From: Anaeromyxobacteraceae bacterium
GTDB lineage: Bacteria; Myxococcota; Myxococcia; Myxococcales; Anaeromyxobacteraceae
Reading direction: 5' to 3'
NCBI GenBank assembly: GCA_032654565.1
Contig: JAULAX010000018.1
Span: forward strand, 288,001-352,000
DNA: 64,000 nucleotides
Shown here in pieces: positions 61,568 through 64,000 of this stretch (positions are counted from its first letter, which is position 1; every line of letters begins with the position of its first letter). Under the pieces are notes generated by a model that saw only the letters and a list, made by a program, of their open reading frames with translations, searched no databases and was not told the DNA's origin. The translations under genes were made by a program, and so were the position numbers.

Positions 61568-63565
61568 ATGAGCCTGCTCCTCGTCATCGCCGCCGCCGGC
61601 CTGGCCACCTCGAGCGGCGCCTGGGCCCTGGCGCTGCGGCGCCGGCCGGCGCTGGGGCAGCGGCTCGCCACCGCCACCCTGGTCCTCGGCGCGGCGCTGG
61701 GCGTGGCCGGGGCCCTGCTGGCGCTGGCCGGGCAGGGGGCGGCCTGGTCGGCGGCCTGGCCGACGCCGCGGGGCTCGCTGTCGCTGCGGCTCGACGCCCT
61801 CTCGGCGATCTTCCTGCTGCCGGTGCTCGGGCTGCCGGCGCTGGCCTCGATCTACGGCCTCGGCTACTGGCCGCAGGCGGCGCGGGGCGCGGCCTCGATC
61901 CGGCTCCAGCTCGCCTTCGGGCTGGTGACCGGCGCCATGGCCCTGGTCTGCGTGGCCGACAACGCCGTCCTCTTCCTGGTGGCCTGGGAGGTGATGGCGC
62001 TGGCCGGCTTCCTGCTGGTCTTCACCGAGCACGAGAAGCCCGAGGTGCAGCGCGCCGCCTTCGTCTACCTGGCCTCGGCCCACGCCGGGAACCTGGCGCT
62101 CTTCGCCCTCTTCGCGCTGCTGGGCCGGCTGGCCGGCTCCTTCGAGTTCGCCGCCATGGCCGGGCTCGACGGCGGCGGGCCGCTGGCCGGCTGGGTCTTC
62201 GCCCTGGCGCTGTTCGGCTTCGGCCTCAAGGCCGGCCTGGTGCCGCTCCACTTCTGGCTGCCGGGCGCCCACGCCGCGGCGCCCAGCCACGTCTCGGCGC
62301 TGCTCTCCGGCGTGCTCCTCAAGACCGGCATCTACGGGATCCTGCGGGTCACCGGCTTCTTCCAGCAGGTGCCGGCCGCCTGGGGCGCGGCGCTGCTGCT
62401 GGCCGGCGCGGCCTCGGCGGTCCTCGGCGTGGCCTTCGCCCTGGCCCAGCACGACGTCAAGCGGCTGCTCGCCTACCACTCGGTGGAGAACCTCGGCATC
62501 ATCGCCATGGGGGCGGGGCTGGCGCTGCTGGGGCGCTCCAGCGGCAACCCGGCGCTGGTGGTGCTGGGCTTCTCCGGCGCCGCCCTCCACGTGGTCAACC
62601 ACGCCGCCTTCAAGGGGCTGCTCTTCCTCGGCGCCGGGGCCGTCGACCACGCCACCGGCACCCGCGAGCTCGACCACCTCGGCGGCCTGGCCCGGGCCAT
62701 GCCCTTCACCGCCGCCTTCTTCCTGGTGGGCGCCGCCGCCATCTCCGGCCTGCCGCCGCTCAACGGCTTCGCCTCGGAGTGGCTGGTCTTCCTGGCCTCC
62801 TTCCACGCCATCCTCGGGCACGGCGCCGCGGCCACGCCGCTGGCCGGCCTGGCGGCCCCCACCCTGGCGCTGGTGGGCGGGCTGGCGGCCGCCTGCTTCG
62901 CCAAGGTGTTCGGCACCGTCTTCCTCGGCCAGCCCCGCTCCCCGGCCGCCGGGCGGGGGCACGAGGCCTCGCCGGCCATGCTGGCGCCGATGGGCGTGCT
63001 GGCGGTGGCCTGCGCCGTCATCGGCCTGCTGCCGGCGGCCTGGCTGCCCGGGCTGGTGCGGGCGGCGGTGGCCTGGTCCGGCCTCCCCGGGCCGCTGCTG
63101 GCCGGGCCGGCCGCCGAGGCGGCGCGAGGGGCCTGGAAGGTGAGCCTGGTGGCGGCGGCGCTGCTGCTCGGGGTCGCCCTGCTGGCCGGGTGGCGCCGGC
63201 TCCGGCTGGGACGCAGCCAGCCGGCAGCGCCCACCTGGGGCTGCGGCTTCGCCCGCCCGTCGCCGCGCATGCAGTACACCGGCTCCTCCTTCGCCGAGCA
63301 GCTGGTGCTCCGCTTCGGCTGGGTCTTCTTCCCGCGCACCCGGGTCGAGCCGCCCACCGGCCTCTTCCCGCGCCGCGCCGCCTTCGGCTCGCACCTGCCC
63401 GACACCATCCTCGACCTCGGCATCCTGCCGGCGCTGGGCTCGGCGGTGCGGGTCACCGACCGGCTGCGCGCCCAGTTCGGTGGCCGGGTCCAGTCGAAGG
63501 TCTTCCTGGTGCTGGTGGGCGTGCTCGGCCTGCTGGCCTGGCTGGCGCTCGGGGGGCCGGGGTGA
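61568..63565 (+). CDS. HyfB-like membrane subunit, copy 2
   Basis: AWE, PLHFWLPGAHAAAPSHVSA, KRLLAYHSVEN, GLPPLNGFASE, TWGCGF, RMQYT. Confidence 0.92.
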   Translation: MSLLLVIAAAGLATSSGAWALALRRRPALGQRLATATLVLGAALGVAGALLALAGQGAAWSAAWPTPRGSLSLRLDALSAIFLLPVLGLPALASIYGLGYWPQAARGAASIRLQLAFGLVTGAMALVCVADNAVLFLVAWEVMALAGFLLVFTEHEKPEVQRAAFVYLASAHAGNLALFALFALLGRLAGSFEFAAMAGLDGGGPLAGWVFALALFGFGLKAGLVPLHFWLPGAHAAAPSHVSALLSGVLLKTGIYGILRVTGFFQQVPAAWGAALLLAGAASAVLGVAFALAQHDVKRLLAYHSVENLGIIAMGAGLALLGRSSGNPALVVLGFSGAALHVVNHAAFKGLLFLGAGAVDHATGTRELDHLGGLARAMPFTAAFFLVGAAAISGLPPLNGFASEWLVFLASFHAILGHGAAATPLAGLAAPTLALVGGLAAACFAKVFGTVFLGQPRSPAAGRGHEASPAMLAPMGVLAVACAVIGLLPAAWLPGLVRAAVAWSGLPGPLLAGPAAEAARGAWKVSLVAAALLLGVALLAGWRRLRLGRSQPAAPTWGCGFARPSPRMQYTGSSFAEQLVLRFGWVFFPRTRVEPPTGLFPRRAAFGSHLPDTILDLGILPALGSAVRVTDRLRAQFGGRVQSKVFLVLVGVLGLLAWLALGGPG

Positions 63566-64000
63566 TCCTCGCCGTCCTCCAGCTCCTCGCCTTCCTGGCC
63601 CTGCCCCCGCTCCTGCTCGGCGTCATCGGCCGGGTCAAGGCCCGCGTCGCCGGCCGGGTGGGGCCGCCCCTGCTCCAGCCCTGGCGCGACCTGCGCCGGC
63701 TGGCCGGCAAGGGGGCGGTCTTCAGCCGGACCACCACCTGGGTCTTCCGGGCCGGGCCGGTGGTGGGGCTGGCGGCGGTCCTGGCGGCCGGGCTGCTGGT
63801 GCCCATGGGGGCGCCGTCGTCCGCGCTCTCCTTCGCCGGCGACTTCGCGCTGCTGGCCGGCCTGCTCGGCCTGGCCCGGTTCGTCAGCGTCACCGCCGCG
63901 CTCGACACCGGCTCCTCGTTCGAGGGGATGGGGGCGGCCCGCGAGGTCACCTTCGCGGCGCTGGCCGAGCCGGCGCTCTTCCTCGGCTTCCTCTCGCTGG
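63562..64000 (+). CDS. HyfC-like subunit, copy 2 (truncated by window edge)
   Basis: Manual translation: VILAVLQLLAFLALPPLLLGVIGRVKARVAGRVGPPLLQPWRDL...ALDTGSSFEGMGAARE. Confidence 0.9.
   Translation, partial: MILAVLQLLAFLALPPLLLGVIGRVKARVAGRVGPPLLQPWRDLRRLAGKGAVFSRTTTWVFRAGPVVGLAAVLAAGLLVPMGAPSSALSFAGDFALLAGLLGLARFVSVTAALDTGSSFEGMGAAREVTFAALAEPALFLGFLSL

Overview
Very GC-rich bacterial chromosomal window. Gene content and style suggest Myxococcota, probably Anaeromyxobacter-like (inference). In order it holds: a malonate-utilisation locus (divergent MatB-like acyl-CoA synthetase, LIV-type ABC transporter, GntR regulator with a candidate operator, complete mdcACDEGBH); mixed accessory genes, including a PaaI thioesterase broken by a deletion at a 12-bp microhomology and a chimeric relic of an RND efflux operon; a YcaO-TfuA thioamidation pair in an operon with a DPP-IV-like S9 peptidase, faced by a second S9 peptidase, with no visible precursor peptide; glgP; a 9-repeat Cys-rich lipoprotein; lemA/TPM genes; an M16 peptidase; two small genes behind sigma-54 promoters; a UvrD helicase; a housekeeping block (rplM-rpsI, pilT, recX, bamD, selenocysteine-containing selD, amidase, rph, rdgB, four tRNAs); a DUF2844 plus frameshifted DUF3443 (pepsin-like) pair; and two divergent paralogous Hyf/Ehr-type membrane-complex operons, where the complete one has a large subunit lacking NiFe ligands. 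No CRISPR array, integrase or transposase was seen. All calls come from reading motifs by eye, without database searches.
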